Virus record (IMG/VR): IMGVR_UViG_3300024239_000014
Span: 1 to 64,000 of that record
Length of the DNA: 64,000 nucleotides
Strand: one strand, 5' to 3'
Under the pieces are notes generated by a model. The model searched no databases. It had not been told where the DNA came from and saw only the letters and a list, made by a program, of their open reading frames with translations. This document shows, piece after piece, positions 19,282 through 29,237 of this stretch; the stretch's first letter is position 1, and each line of letters starts with the position of its first letter. The translations under genes and the position numbers were made by a program.

Positions 19282-21828
19282 TTACTTAACCGTCACGAAC
19301 CGCGTCAGGTCCACTTTGTTTTGCAGGAAGAGACCGATGACCCGTGACAGGTAAGCATATTCCTGCATGGTCACCTCAAGCGTCAGAACCGAGTCGTGAG
19401 GATGAATCGCCACGTACCGTAAATCCAAGCCAGTGTTCAGACATGGATCGTACGTCAGTAGCGGTTGGTAAACATTACATTCAGACATGATCTGGTGATC
19501 ACTTCTAAACGATCCGTCAATGGTTTTTACACCTGTGACGATGTCGTAAAGGATCTTGGCCAGGAACGGGCTGTACAGTGCGTACTTATCCCGAATGAAG
19601 GTAATTTCACCGATGACCGGTTCCGGCAGATACGTAGACAGGTAGGCTTTCACCTTGGTATCGATTACACGAGCTTCTTGGCGCAATACCAGCGTGTTGA
19701 AGTTCGTCACCCCGCGTACCGGCACAAACAGCTCGTTGACCTGGTACGGTGCACCTTCGTACACCGATTCAACAGTCACCCCAGAATCGTCTTCCGAAAA
19801 GCGTAACTGATCGCGATGAAGCATCCGTCCATCGGCGACACACCGAATGACCTTATCATCACGAATGTCAAACTGGTTATTGCGGCTGAGCATGCGATGC
19901 TTTACAAAGCCGAATTCGCCGATCGGTTCACGATTCAGTTCAGCATCACAAAAGCCAGTGCAACGCACCACGATCTTTTGTGTCCAAGGGGTGATATCGC
20001 TGAGATACTGCTTGTTACAGATCACGACTTCCGGGAAGTTCACGACATAATCAAGGCCTTCGATCAATGATCGACCGTTCATCCAAACGGCGATCCGACC
20101 TGGCGGTACTTCCATGATCTGTGCTTCTTGGCCAACTGGTTTCCACCGCAGGCTGAATTTCAACAGATGGTCGCGATACGTCAAGTCGAAACTGTAGGTC
20201 AGGAACTTCTTGTCAGAAATGACCAGATACGTCCAGGCTTCGGTGTTATCGGTGAAGGTAATCAGGTTGTTTTCCAGGACGTAGTCCGTGGTACCGGTGA
20301 CATCTTCCCAAGTCCGCACGCCCGGCAGATAACCGTTCTGGGTGCGGTAAACGCGATAGCTGTAATTCGGGTCTACTGTTACTGGATCAAAACCGATGAT
20401 ACCGTCGAGCTCTAAACCAGCTCGCCCTGAAATCGCTTCGATCATGACACAGCTAGGATACTGCGGAATGTAGGTCACGTTGTTTTCGTGGTACATAACG
20501 CCCAACAGTAACCCATCGCCGTCGTATTCAAACACCGTGGCATTCTGACGCAGCTCCGGAGGGAGAACAACATACCGCCGCTCACCAGAAACAGTCACCC
20601 GTTGTGGTGTGTTCGCCGCCACAACCGTCATCCCATTATAGCCGTAAGCTGTCGCTACTGCATCCAGGGTAACGTTCTCGTACGGCAACCGCATCAAGGT
20701 AGTGTAGTTGGACTGTTCCAGATTAGGCGCTTGCCATTCTTCCACGGTGGCGTTTGTGCCAATCATGGCCCGCACAATCTGAATGTCATTGAGCTTATAC
20801 AGCTCATGTATCCGATTGTTTTCAAACACCAATGGCCGATAGACGCTAGCATCACGGATATGGAACCGGAGATACACGTCTTCCATGTTAACCCAACTTT
20901 CACCATGTGGTTGATACGCCTGAACGTACATCACCGGCACGGAGTAGTCGTTGTGGGTTACCATGCGCACAGCGTCTGGTTGGTTCTTGTGGTAGTACAG
21001 CCCACGTGCATGACCGCGGGTGTTACGCTTGATCAAGAACACGTCCAGATCGTCGTAAAAGTCAATGCGGTCAGCCAGTGCCTTTGGCAAATGGATCAGG
21101 TATTTACCCTTGGCATCCAAGTTGCTGTCGAAGATGTCCAAATCACCGATCTTGATTTCATGGATACGGTCGACGGTTGGATCGAAGACAAACTCAACGA
21201 CATCGCCGATGACCACACTGCCTGAATCAAAATGGTCAACAAACCGACCATTGTGGAACGCATAAGCGTGTCCAGTGGGACTGCCTTTGTAGATCTCGAA
21301 TGTGTGTTGCAGGTTAAGCAACTCGGACATGGTTTTAATCAAACCGCCACGCACTACAATTTTGTTATTTGCAGGACGGACGACGTCAGAATCAAACCAA
21401 GCGTTGGAGTACATCCGCAGATAAAGATCCTGGTCATCGAGGTTATCGATGGTCGGACAAATCCGTACCGCCAGAATCAGGTTACCGTCATCGTTACGAT
21501 GCATCCACGATTCAGACCGAGGAATCTGTAACCCGTTGGTGAGGTACAGATCCATGACCAGGTTTTCGATTTCGCACGCATCGGACATTTTTGTCCAGAT
21601 CTCCGTGATCGTCGGTAGGCCCAATCCCGGTGAGCGGTTCTGACCGATCTGATAGACGTGGTAGCGGGCATCGCGAGACGGCATGTAGATGCGTTCAAAC
21701 TGGTAGTCGATGCTGACATACGCCCCGGTACGAGGCGTCAGGCGAGTCAGTCGTAAAACGTGCTGACGGTCCTGCTGGGGTGCACACCAAACATTTCGGA
21801 GTGCGTGCTCGACCAGGTAATGGTTCAT
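19282..21828 (-). CDS. virion structural protein (phiKZ gp27-like)
   Basis: 848 aa, N-terminal NVWCAP.QD; synteny. Confidence 0.72.
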   Translation of the reverse strand: MNHYLVEHALRNVWCAPQQDRQHVLRLTRLTPRTGAYVSIDYQFERIYMPSRDARYHVYQIGQNRSPGLGLPTITEIWTKMSDACEIENLVMDLYLTNGLQIPRSESWMHRNDDGNLILAVRICPTIDNLDDQDLYLRMYSNAWFDSDVVRPANNKIVVRGGLIKTMSELLNLQHTFEIYKGSPTGHAYAFHNGRFVDHFDSGSVVIGDVVEFVFDPTVDRIHEIKIGDLDIFDSNLDAKGKYLIHLPKALADRIDFYDDLDVFLIKRNTRGHARGLYYHKNQPDAVRMVTHNDYSVPVMYVQAYQPHGESWVNMEDVYLRFHIRDASVYRPLVFENNRIHELYKLNDIQIVRAMIGTNATVEEWQAPNLEQSNYTTLMRLPYENVTLDAVATAYGYNGMTVVAANTPQRVTVSGERRYVVLPPELRQNATVFEYDGDGLLLGVMYHENNVTYIPQYPSCVMIEAISGRAGLELDGIIGFDPVTVDPNYSYRVYRTQNGYLPGVRTWEDVTGTTDYVLENNLITFTDNTEAWTYLVISDKKFLTYSFDLTYRDHLLKFSLRWKPVGQEAQIMEVPPGRIAVWMNGRSLIEGLDYVVNFPEVVICNKQYLSDITPWTQKIVVRCTGFCDAELNREPIGEFGFVKHRMLSRNNQFDIRDDKVIRCVADGRMLHRDQLRFSEDDSGVTVESVYEGAPYQVNELFVPVRGVTNFNTLVLRQEARVIDTKVKAYLSTYLPEPVIGEITFIRDKYALYSPFLAKILYDIVTGVKTIDGSFRSDHQIMSECNVYQPLLTYDPCLNTGLDLRYVAIHPHDSVLTLEVTMQEYAYLSRVIGLFLQNKVDLTRFVTVK

Positions 21829-21831
21829 GAA

Positions 21832-22758
21832 TCAACCTCTCCAGTGATCAAGGCAACGACGGTAATTGGTGGAGAAGACGGCAAAGTTATCGCCCTTGTT
21901 ATAGGAGCGATGCAAGATATCACCCAGACGGGTCTTCTTCCCACCGCGGTCGTTGATGGCTTCGTAAACGAGAACGGTGAACGTCGGTGGGTGTTCCAAT
22001 GCGACGGCCACCATTTCACGAGCATGTTGACCCATCCAGCTACCTGCCAGAATCTGAATCATGATAGCCGGCGTGAAGTTCTCCAGACGGATGGACCAGT
22101 TGCGTTCTCTGACTGCCTGACAGAATTCGGTCAGATTGCCGATAAACGGCACACCGTCCAACGCTTCCTTAATAAAGGCTGTCCCGATACCGGTAACGCG
22201 TGACAGGTTGGACTCATGCATGGTGCGGTTCATGTCGTCGCCGTTTTCTTTAAACTGGCAGCTATAGAAGTGTGCAGCGATGCAGGCGATTTTGGCCTGT
22301 ACTTCCGGTGCGAGGTTGTACTGGCGTGACACCACTTCAGACACCCAACGTTGATACAGCTGATGAGGAATCGGCGAAATGTTACGGATGTCGGAATAGT
22401 GTCCGTTGTCCCAACACTGTTGCATAACAGCGCGAGCCAGGAGCATCGCGAATTCGTTACGAGAGCGCAGCGATGGCGACGCGTTTCGGTCAGCGCGCTG
22501 TGATACCATCGACCGTGCATCGATGGCGATACGGTCTTCACCGTCTACGGTTTTAAAGTGGATCGGATGGGCGAAAGGCTTGATAATCACACTCTGAAAA
22601 CGAAGCGGAGTGACTACGATAATGTTCGTGTTGACCTGTTCAGTCAACACAGGTTCAACGCCGATTTCATTGACCACCAGCGCCTTAGCCAAAGCCTGCT
22701 GGATTTCAACCAGGTTGTATCCGCGGCAGGCGGTGGTGCTGTAGGGAGAAATAATCAT
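21832..22758 (-). CDS. conserved phiKZ gp28-like protein
   Basis: 308 aa with ALEHPPT motif; synteny. Confidence 0.65.
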   Translation of the reverse strand: MIISPYSTTACRGYNLVEIQQALAKALVVNEIGVEPVLTEQVNTNIIVVTPLRFQSVIIKPFAHPIHFKTVDGEDRIAIDARSMVSQRADRNASPSLRSRNEFAMLLARAVMQQCWDNGHYSDIRNISPIPHQLYQRWVSEVVSRQYNLAPEVQAKIACIAAHFYSCQFKENGDDMNRTMHESNLSRVTGIGTAFIKEALDGVPFIGNLTEFCQAVRERNWSIRLENFTPAIMIQILAGSWMGQHAREMVAVALEHPPTFTVLVYEAINDRGGKKTRLGDILHRSYNKGDNFAVFSTNYRRCLDHWRG

Positions 22759-22824
22759 GTGGACCTCTGGTTTACGTTAACTTTTAGGGAATACCGTAAT
22801 AGGCCAAAACATTTTAATGTTTAT

Positions 22825-23188
22825 GACGTGCGGTTGTTCCCGCTGTCGCATGCCTATACGATTTGAGTCTCCATCGGCATCGATGGCGATTTCTCGACTA
22901 TACCCCGATTTTCGTAAGAAGTCGCGGCACTAAAGCCTGGTCGATTAGCTCTACTACGATAGCGCTATCGTGGTAGGTATCCAACGTGCAACGATAGGTG
23001 GTGGCTGAGTAGGCTACTTATAGTTGGTGGTGTAAATCTGTCCTGGGGTAGCAGGGTTGCTTTTCATCACGTTAAACCGTTGAATACAGTCGGCGTAACT
23101 CAGACCTTCTCTGGTAGGTTACCAGACAAAAGACGTCTTTTGTAAACCCTCAGTTGCAGGAATATACCCCCTGCTCAAGGAGTCGTTA
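22825..23188 (+). ncRNA. long structured 5' leader or ncRNA upstream of the tail sheath gene
   Basis: TATG at 22822-22825, then ~360 nt with many stems whose G-U pairs and GNRA loop favour the + strand. Confidence 0.5.
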
Positions 23189-25261
23189 ATGACCGCGATT
23201 CAGAACGCGGCACCGCAGTATGTGCTTGATGGTATCAAGGACAACAGTGGTCGTCGTGCCGATCCGGAGCGCGAAGCGCTTCCTATTCACCTGCCCCTCG
23301 TGTTCTTCTACGCCGAACGTGGTCCGTCGGCCGCCCAGATCCTGACTGGCGGTGACGCCCGTCGTCTCTACGGTGCCAAGACCTTTGACTATCGTGGTGC
23401 TTACGCCAACCATGCAACTGCCCTGTTGCAGGAAGCCCTTTATCCGGGCAGCGGTGCGGTCATGCACCAGCGCGTGATCCCCGCTGATGCCCGCAAAGCT
23501 CGTCTGGCCGTCTACCTGGACCTGCTCGAAACCGCAATCCCGGTCTATGAGCGCAACAGCGACGGTTCGTTCCGTCTGGATACCAACGGCGACCGCATCA
23601 GTACCGGTAGTACTGTGCCGGGCTATAAAGGCAAGTGGGTGGTGGAAGCCATTCCGCCTACTGGTATTGGCGCACGTGCCATCGGTGCTGCTGTGCAGCT
23701 GCCGGGTACCCAGAATGACGGCGAATACGGCCAGTCGGTGAAATACCCGATCTTTGACGCCGAAGTGTCGTTCGAAGGCAAATACGGCGACAACGTTGGT
23801 TTCCGCCTGTATGCTCCGACCACTCGTTCTGCACTGCCGGTTAACCCGTCGCTGGTGACCGACCTGAACGCCTACGTCTTCCGTCTCCAGTTCCTGGAGC
23901 GTCCGACTGCTCAGTCGACTCCGAACATCATTCGCACCCGCGAAGATGAAGTGGCCGTTGACTTCTGTCTGAAGCCGGACTCGTTCCACGACAAGACCAA
24001 GCGTGAATACGGTATGGCCGAAGCGGTACTGCCGGCTTACAGCGACAAGACCATCGGGGTTGCTCCGACCTTCTCGCCGTTTGGCACTTTCCACGCCTAC
24101 CAGAACAACATCGACACCGTACTGAGTCTGATCTACGAAGGCGAAGAGAGCTACATGGGCCTCGGCGCCGGCATTGACGGTACCTACCTGATCGACCCGT
24201 TCACTGGAACTACGGTTGATGGCGTACCGTACCACACCTACGAGGTGGTTGGTGTGCTGGATGGCGGTGCTGCGTTCAACGACAGCGCTGTGTACTATGC
24301 CAAAGACGGTACTGACGGCACGATGTCCGATACGGCCTTCGACCTGCTCGTTCGCAACGAGCTCGAGAAGTACGGCGAACTGGAAAACCGTTACCTGGAC
24401 GAACTGCGCTTCCCGCACTCCTTCGTCTACGACAGTGGCTTCTCTGTGGAAACCAAAGAAGCGCTCCTGTCGCTGCTGTCCCGTCGCAAGGACATCATCC
24501 CGATCGTTTCGACTCAGGATGTGTCTCAGCCTCAGAACAGCCAGACTGTGGAATCGTCGATGGGTGTGGCGCTGGCCACTGCTGCGCGTTTCCATCCGGA
24601 ATCCGTCCTGCACGGTACCGGCGTCTGTCGTGCGGCCATCATCGGCCAGTCGGGTTACCTGATCAATTCGACCTACAAGAAGCTCGTACCGATGACTTTC
24701 GAAGTCGCGTACAAGCTGGCTCGTTGGGCCGGTGCCAGCAACGGTATCCTCAACGAACGTTGGGCGCCGGATGTCAGCCCGAACAACAAGCTCGAACTGC
24801 TCACTCGCGTCAACTGTACCTACAAGACCGCCGCCGTCCGTAACAAGGACTGGGTCAACGGCGTGGTGTGGGCGCAGTCCTACGACACCATGTCAGACTT
24901 CATTCCGGCGATTCAGACTGTCTATGGCGATGACACTTCGGTGCTCAACAGCCTGCTGGTGGTCATCATCGCATCGGAACTCCAGAAGGTCTGTATGCGT
25001 GTCTGGCGTGACCTGGTCGGTCGTACCGATCTGACCAAGGATCAGTTCAAGAAGAAATCCGACCAGCTGATCACCCAGTATGGTTCGGAAACGCGTTTCG
25101 GTAACCGTGTCCGTATCGTTCCCGATACCCACTTTACCGTACGTGACGAGCAGCTGGGCTACAAGGTCTCGGCTAACATCAATCTGTACGCCAACAACAT
25201 GATCTCCGTCGGGAGCTTCACCATTGTGGCGGACCGTATGGAGGCCTTGAACAATGGCTAA
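23189..25261 (+). CDS. tail sheath protein (phiKZ gp29-like)
   Basis: 690 aa; NAAP..GIKD N-terminus, PIHLPL, YDSGF, YPES-like motifs; directly upstream of the tube gene. Confidence 0.88.
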   Translation: MTAIQNAAPQYVLDGIKDNSGRRADPEREALPIHLPLVFFYAERGPSAAQILTGGDARRLYGAKTFDYRGAYANHATALLQEALYPGSGAVMHQRVIPADARKARLAVYLDLLETAIPVYERNSDGSFRLDTNGDRISTGSTVPGYKGKWVVEAIPPTGIGARAIGAAVQLPGTQNDGEYGQSVKYPIFDAEVSFEGKYGDNVGFRLYAPTTRSALPVNPSLVTDLNAYVFRLQFLERPTAQSTPNIIRTREDEVAVDFCLKPDSFHDKTKREYGMAEAVLPAYSDKTIGVAPTFSPFGTFHAYQNNIDTVLSLIYEGEESYMGLGAGIDGTYLIDPFTGTTVDGVPYHTYEVVGVLDGGAAFNDSAVYYAKDGTDGTMSDTAFDLLVRNELEKYGELENRYLDELRFPHSFVYDSGFSVETKEALLSLLSRRKDIIPIVSTQDVSQPQNSQTVESSMGVALATAARFHPESVLHGTGVCRAAIIGQSGYLINSTYKKLVPMTFEVAYKLARWAGASNGILNERWAPDVSPNNKLELLTRVNCTYKTAAVRNKDWVNGVVWAQSYDTMSDFIPAIQTVYGDDTSVLNSLLVVIIASELQKVCMRVWRDLVGRTDLTKDQFKKKSDQLITQYGSETRFGNRVRIVPDTHFTVRDEQLGYKVSANINLYANNMISVGSFTIVADRMEALNNG

Positions 25262-26144
25262 TGATCCGCTGAGCTATCTGCTCGCCTCCGGTCAAACCGG
25301 TCGCAAAGGCTTTCTCGAAGGCACTGTATCCGATGTTGCGGATGTCACCAAGGGTGGTCAGATGGGCTTCATGCCCGACTACACCACCATCAATGCGAAC
25401 GTCCCGTACGTTCGCAAGAACATCTTCGCCGTCGTGATTCAGGCACCGCTGGGTTTCGACGACCTGCCGGAACCTGATCTGTGGTACTCGGCCTTTAAGG
25501 CCATGGTCGAACGTCATCCGACTCGTATCGAAGGTCTGCGTTCCACCGTGAACGTGGAATGGGTGGAAACCCCCGTCGGTGGTGCCGGTGAAGTTCAGCA
25601 GGACGTTGGTAACGTGACGCGTGAGCGTTCCGAGCCGGCGTTCACCTGGCAGGAGAAACTCGGTCGTCCGTTTACCCGCTTCCTCGAAAGCTGGATTACG
25701 GAACTGATGGGCGATCCCAACAGCAAGGTGCCGAACGTCATCACTCGTGGTCTGCGTAAGACCCCGAACATGCTGCCGCAGTACAAGTCGGCCACCGTGA
25801 TGTTCATCGAGCCTGATGTGACTCACACCAAGGTCGAAAAGGCCTGGCTGTGCACCAACATGATGCCGAACATCTCCGGCCCGATCGAAGGTAGCCGCGA
25901 CATCACCGCCGGCGGCGAAATCCTGGAAATCAGCGTGACCTTCAGCGCCATCACCCAAGTGGGTTATGGTGTTGATACCTACGCGCAGAAACTCCTGGAC
26001 GACCTGAACCTGGTGGGTGCAAACCCGATGCTGGCTCCGGCTTTCGTTGACGGCATCGACCCCGATGTTTCTTCGAAGCAAGTGGGTTACATGGATCAGG
26101 TCAAGAAGGCTCGTGAGACCTTCCTGACTCGTTCTCCGACCTAA
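25254..26144 (+). CDS. tail tube protein (phiKZ gp30-like)
   Basis: 296 aa overlapping the sheath stop codon; FIEPD..AWLCTNMMP motif. Confidence 0.85.
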   Translation: MANDPLSYLLASGQTGRKGFLEGTVSDVADVTKGGQMGFMPDYTTINANVPYVRKNIFAVVIQAPLGFDDLPEPDLWYSAFKAMVERHPTRIEGLRSTVNVEWVETPVGGAGEVQQDVGNVTRERSEPAFTWQEKLGRPFTRFLESWITELMGDPNSKVPNVITRGLRKTPNMLPQYKSATVMFIEPDVTHTKVEKAWLCTNMMPNISGPIEGSRDITAGGEILEISVTFSAITQVGYGVDTYAQKLLDDLNLVGANPMLAPAFVDGIDPDVSSKQVGYMDQVKKARETFLTRSPT

Positions 26145-26166
26145 TCCGTTAAAGGAGAGGGGTATA

Positions 26167-26198
26167 CGGGAGGACCGAAAGGTCCTCCCGCTATGCCG
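26167..26198 (+). terminator. hairpin+TATGCCG element
   Basis: CGGGAGGACC-gaaa-GGTCCTCCCG-CTATGCCG. Confidence 0.72.
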
Positions 26199-26251
26199 CA
26201 ATGCAAAAAAAAACAGCGCGATTGCTGTTTTTCCGTAGCATTGCACTACGG

Positions 26252-26716
26252 TTACTCCTCGCGAGCCCATTCGGCTACCGCAGTTTTCAGGTTCTGCAGT
26301 CCACAGCGGTAGCCGTTGCGACCCGGTGTTGCAGCCTTACCGTTGACCCACTCCGGAGCCTCCTTGAGGATTTCTTCGAAGGAGCGCTTGGTGCCCGATA
26401 GTCCGATGCAGAGGTAACCGAGCGGGCGTTCGGTCGCCCGGAGTTCTCGCCAAAACTCCAACATCCGCGCTTTGCGCGCGGCGCCGGCGTTGTATACCCG
26501 TTGGGCCGGCCCGCCGATTACGAGATATACCACACTCTCGCTCTCGTAGAGATCTTCGAGCGTTTCAACCACGTCATCCCAATTGACAACACAGACGCGG
26601 TGAACGAGGCGATGATGGCCAACTCCGAAGGTGGCGCCGTCGAGCTCGATCAAGTAGCCAGAGGCTACCTCGATAGAGACAGGGCAGTCTTCTCTAAAAA
26701 TTGCTTCTACGTACAT
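26252..26716 (-). CDS. hypothetical protein, paralog of 27195-27584
   Basis: Shares YVE.IFR.DCP.S, VVYLV.GGP.QR.YN and YLC.G.S.T. Confidence 0.8.
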   Translation of the reverse strand: MYVEAIFREDCPVSIEVASGYLIELDGATFGVGHHRLVHRVCVVNWDDVVETLEDLYESESVVYLVIGGPAQRVYNAGAARKARMLEFWRELRATERPLGYLCIGLSGTKRSFEEILKEAPEWVNGKAATPGRNGYRCGLQNLKTAVAEWAREE

Positions 26717-26719
26717 GAA

Positions 26720-26896
26720 TTAGCTCTCCTTGTTGTACGCTGCGAGGATTGCACCGGCAGTTGCGCACAATGATGCGCCGATGCTCACACCAATCGCCAA
26801 CCCTGTCCACCAGCCACGGTTTTCACCGCGCTCGTACCCTTTTATCCACCCCGCAGCAAAGGTTTCTGGATTGGTGTTGTTATTTTGGTTTTCCAT
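26720..26896 (-). CDS. 58-aa single-TM protein (not in ORF track)
   Basis: MENQNNNTNPETFAAGWIKGYERGENRGWWTGLAIGVSIGASLCATAGAILAAYNKES; AGGAGG RBS. Confidence 0.72.
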   Translation of the reverse strand: MENQNNNTNPETFAAGWIKGYERGENRGWWTGLAIGVSIGASLCATAGAILAAYNKES

Positions 26897-26908
26897 AGTC
26901 GACCCTCC

Positions 26909-27085
26909 TTACTTGTTTTTGACGATGGCCACCACCGCCGCTGTGATGACCAGACCCACCAGGGCACCTGCGGCCCAGCCGCGGAGCTTCACGCGGACCC
27001 GGCCGTTCTCGAACCCGGCCTCGTAAGCTTTCACCACCTTGGCTGTTTGTTCGTCCATGGTCGGGGTGTTGATGTTGGTATTCAT
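26909..27085 (-). CDS. 58-aa single-TM protein (not in ORF track)
   Basis: MNTNINTPTMDEQTAKVVKAYEAGFENGRVRVKLRGWAAGALVGLVITAAVVAIVKNK; AGGAG RBS. Confidence 0.72.
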   Translation of the reverse strand: MNTNINTPTMDEQTAKVVKAYEAGFENGRVRVKLRGWAAGALVGLVITAAVVAIVKNK

Positions 27086-27106
27086 GATTTTCTCCTGGTT
27101 AAAGAT

Positions 27107-27131
27107 TCACCCCAGCAATATAGGTCTGAAA
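27107..27131 (-). promoter_or_regulatory. putative early (virion RNAP) promoter
   Basis: TTTCAGACCTATATTGCTGGGGTGA; the TATATT core resembles the phiKZ early TATATTAC consensus. Confidence 0.55.
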
Positions 27132-27194
27132 TAAAGTGGGATTAGAATTGCAAAAAAAAAGAGGAAAGGGATTTCCCTCTCCTCCTATGTCAGA

Positions 27195-27584
27195 TCAGTA
27201 CGTACAACTTGTCACCCATTCGGGAGCTTGTTTAAGCATTTCTGCAAATGCCTCTTGGGTGGTCGAAAAGCCTAAGCAGAGATATTGAAACGGGTGTTTC
27301 TCAGGTGCAAGACTTCGCCAGAAGTCCAACATCTGCTTCTTCCGATCAGGACCCACGTTATAAGCCCGTTGACCTGGACCTCCAACGACGAGGTAGACGA
27401 CGTCGCTGTTATCGGTTATATCAGATACCCTGTCCGCAACATCATCCCAGTACGCCACCTTGACACGATGACCACGGTCGTATCCTGTCATTACCCATTC
27501 ATCGTCTTGCTTCGCGAGGTAGTCTGTCGCAATCTGAACGCTAATCGGACAATCGGTCCGAAAGATTACTTCGACGTAAGCCAT
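27195..27584 (-). CDS. hypothetical protein, paralog of 26252-26716
   Basis: Direct sequence similarity. Confidence 0.8.
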   Translation of the reverse strand: MAYVEVIFRTDCPISVQIATDYLAKQDDEWVMTGYDRGHRVKVAYWDDVADRVSDITDNSDVVYLVVGGPGQRAYNVGPDRKKQMLDFWRSLAPEKHPFQYLCLGFSTTQEAFAEMLKQAPEWVTSCTY

Positions 27585-27590
27585 GTTACC

Positions 27591-28103
27591 TTACTCCACT
27601 TTACTCGCCGTGTCCTGGTACAGTGGTCCTGGCACCAAACCGTGGCGCTCGATGAAGCCGCGGATCAAGCGCCGAGATACTTCATCGATTTCTTCGAATT
27701 CGACCAGCTCTACACCCGTGGCGAACTTCTTGTGGAAGAAATCGCGATATGCGTAGATATCCGCCACATTGTCACGCGGTTTAGACGTGAAGGTGTCGAA
27801 GTGACTACCGTCAATCTCAAACCATGCATGGAACGATGTCATGTGGTACGTCACCCGGACGTCGTACAGATCAAAGATGACCGAACCGATCGCAAGAGCC
27901 GCTGTCACCGAATCGTTGAAGTTGATGGACATCACCGCTTCACGATGCGCATCGTCACTGTACTCGTGTACTTGCATGTGGTTGTACATCTCACCATTCA
28001 CACAGAGTTTGTCCAACGTCTGCAGTGGGACGCGACCTTTGCTGTATTCCACAAAGTCATCGATCAGCGCACTAACCTTTTCCAACAATTTACCCTTGTC
28101 CAT
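27591..28103 (-). CDS. hypothetical protein, 170 aa
   Basis: ORF in operon; HAWFEIDG..FD segment. Confidence 0.7.
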   Translation of the reverse strand: MDKGKLLEKVSALIDDFVEYSKGRVPLQTLDKLCVNGEMYNHMQVHEYSDDAHREAVMSINFNDSVTAALAIGSVIFDLYDVRVTYHMTSFHAWFEIDGSHFDTFTSKPRDNVADIYAYRDFFHKKFATGVELVEFEEIDEVSRRLIRGFIERHGLVPGPLYQDTASKVE

Positions 28104-28113
28104 AAAGCCCTCG

Positions 28114-28641
28114 TTAACCTGGTGTTAATTGATTTGCTTTCCACGCATCGAGTAGTTCTTTCCAGTACCCGAGAATGGTGTGCTGTTGTTTGTCGCTCAC
28201 GTACGCTCGAACAATATCGTAGCGGCTGACACGCAGTCGCTTTTGCGTGTACTTGTGCATCACTTCACGATCAGCGTCAGAAAGGATTGCAAACTGCGTA
28301 GCTACCGCGGCTTTAATCCGGCCTAAGCGCTCGTCTGTCTTGATCAAACGGCGACTGATAGGTGGATAGCCGATCATGGTAAAGAGTCGCGCAGCTGCGC
28401 TTACAGCAGCTTCACTGTGGCTATTTCTGAGTCGCTCGCGACCAGCCAAGACCCACGGCATCTTGACGAGTCGGGTTTGTTTATCTACCAACCAGTCTTC
28501 CACATCGGTATCGATGATAAAACTGAAGAGGCAAGCATACTCACGTACTTCATCACTACCTTCGGGTTTATACAGCACAGGTAGCGGGTAAATCGGACTC
28601 GGGTTAATCGACACTTGGTTCGACGTGACGGGGTGTTTCAC
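28114..28641 (-). CDS. hypothetical protein, 175 aa
   Basis: GGAGGAG RBS; GTG start overlapping the upstream stop. Confidence 0.7.
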   Translation of the reverse strand: MKHPVTSNQVSINPSPIYPLPVLYKPEGSDEVREYACLFSFIIDTDVEDWLVDKQTRLVKMPWVLAGRERLRNSHSEAAVSAAARLFTMIGYPPISRRLIKTDERLGRIKAAVATQFAILSDADREVMHKYTQKRLRVSRYDIVRAYVSDKQQHTILGYWKELLDAWKANQLTPG

Positions 28642-29237
28642 GTAGTCTCCTCCTTTAACTCCTGTCTCAAACCTTCCCAGAACATCAACTGCCAGTCGTG
28701 GTGGGGAAGTTCGATAACACGGTACGGCACTTTCATGCCGTAGTAGTAATAGTGCTTAAACGGTAATGTTGACTCAGCTAGTAGCCGTGCTAATTCCTCA
28801 TTGAGTTCTACCTTGCTTCGCAATGCCACGCGAAAGGCGCGACGGAATGCTTCGCTTGAAGTGATCTCAATCTTCTCTTCATCCGTGATGCCGGCTTCAT
28901 CACACAGCGTACGGCCCAGCTTCTTGGCATAGCCGCCATACGCCGTACGTAAATCCGACCAGGGTTTCTTCTTGACATCAAACCCATCCACGCGATGGGA
29001 ACATTCAATTAGATTGCAGTACCAGAACGCTTCTGCCGAGTTATAGCGCACGTCGCCAAACACCACCGGAGAATTCGCTAGGTTCGACAACAGTCGACCT
29101 AAGCGGGTAATTCCCGATGAATAGATGTTGATGTGGGTGCGACCGTCTTCTGCCGGCAATTCACTCAGGTTTGGGGTCACAGTAAAGCTCTCCTTGGTAC
29201 TGGAATTCAAAGCCATGCTTCTTGGCAATGGCTTCAA
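28638..29237 (-). CDS. NADAR-superfamily-like protein (start uncertain)
   Basis: DG.THINIYS....LGRLLSN, YNSAEAFW, AKKLGR, L..ST.PF.HYY motifs. Confidence 0.6.
   Translation of the reverse strand: MKPLPRSMALNSSTKESFTVTPNLSELPAEDGRTHINIYSSGITRLGRLLSNLANSPVVFGDVRYNSAEAFWYCNLIECSHRVDGFDVKKKPWSDLRTAYGGYAKKLGRTLCDEAGITDEEKIEITSSEAFRRAFRVALRSKVELNEELARLLAESTLPFKHYYYYGMKVPYRVIELPHHDWQLMFWEGLRQELKEETT

Noticed and set aside
22890-23095. Possible group I intron in the sheath leader (UAUAGUC and GACUG on the minus strand)
   Set aside because: No P/Q elements, no interrupted gene, and the other stems favour the + strand.
23186-26270. Long minus-strand ORFs (475 aa, 350 aa) opposite sheath and tube; similar antisense ORFs at 27285-28229, 39660-40547, 47517-48497 and 59965-60792
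   Set aside because: Antisense shadows of codon-biased real genes; no recognisable motifs.
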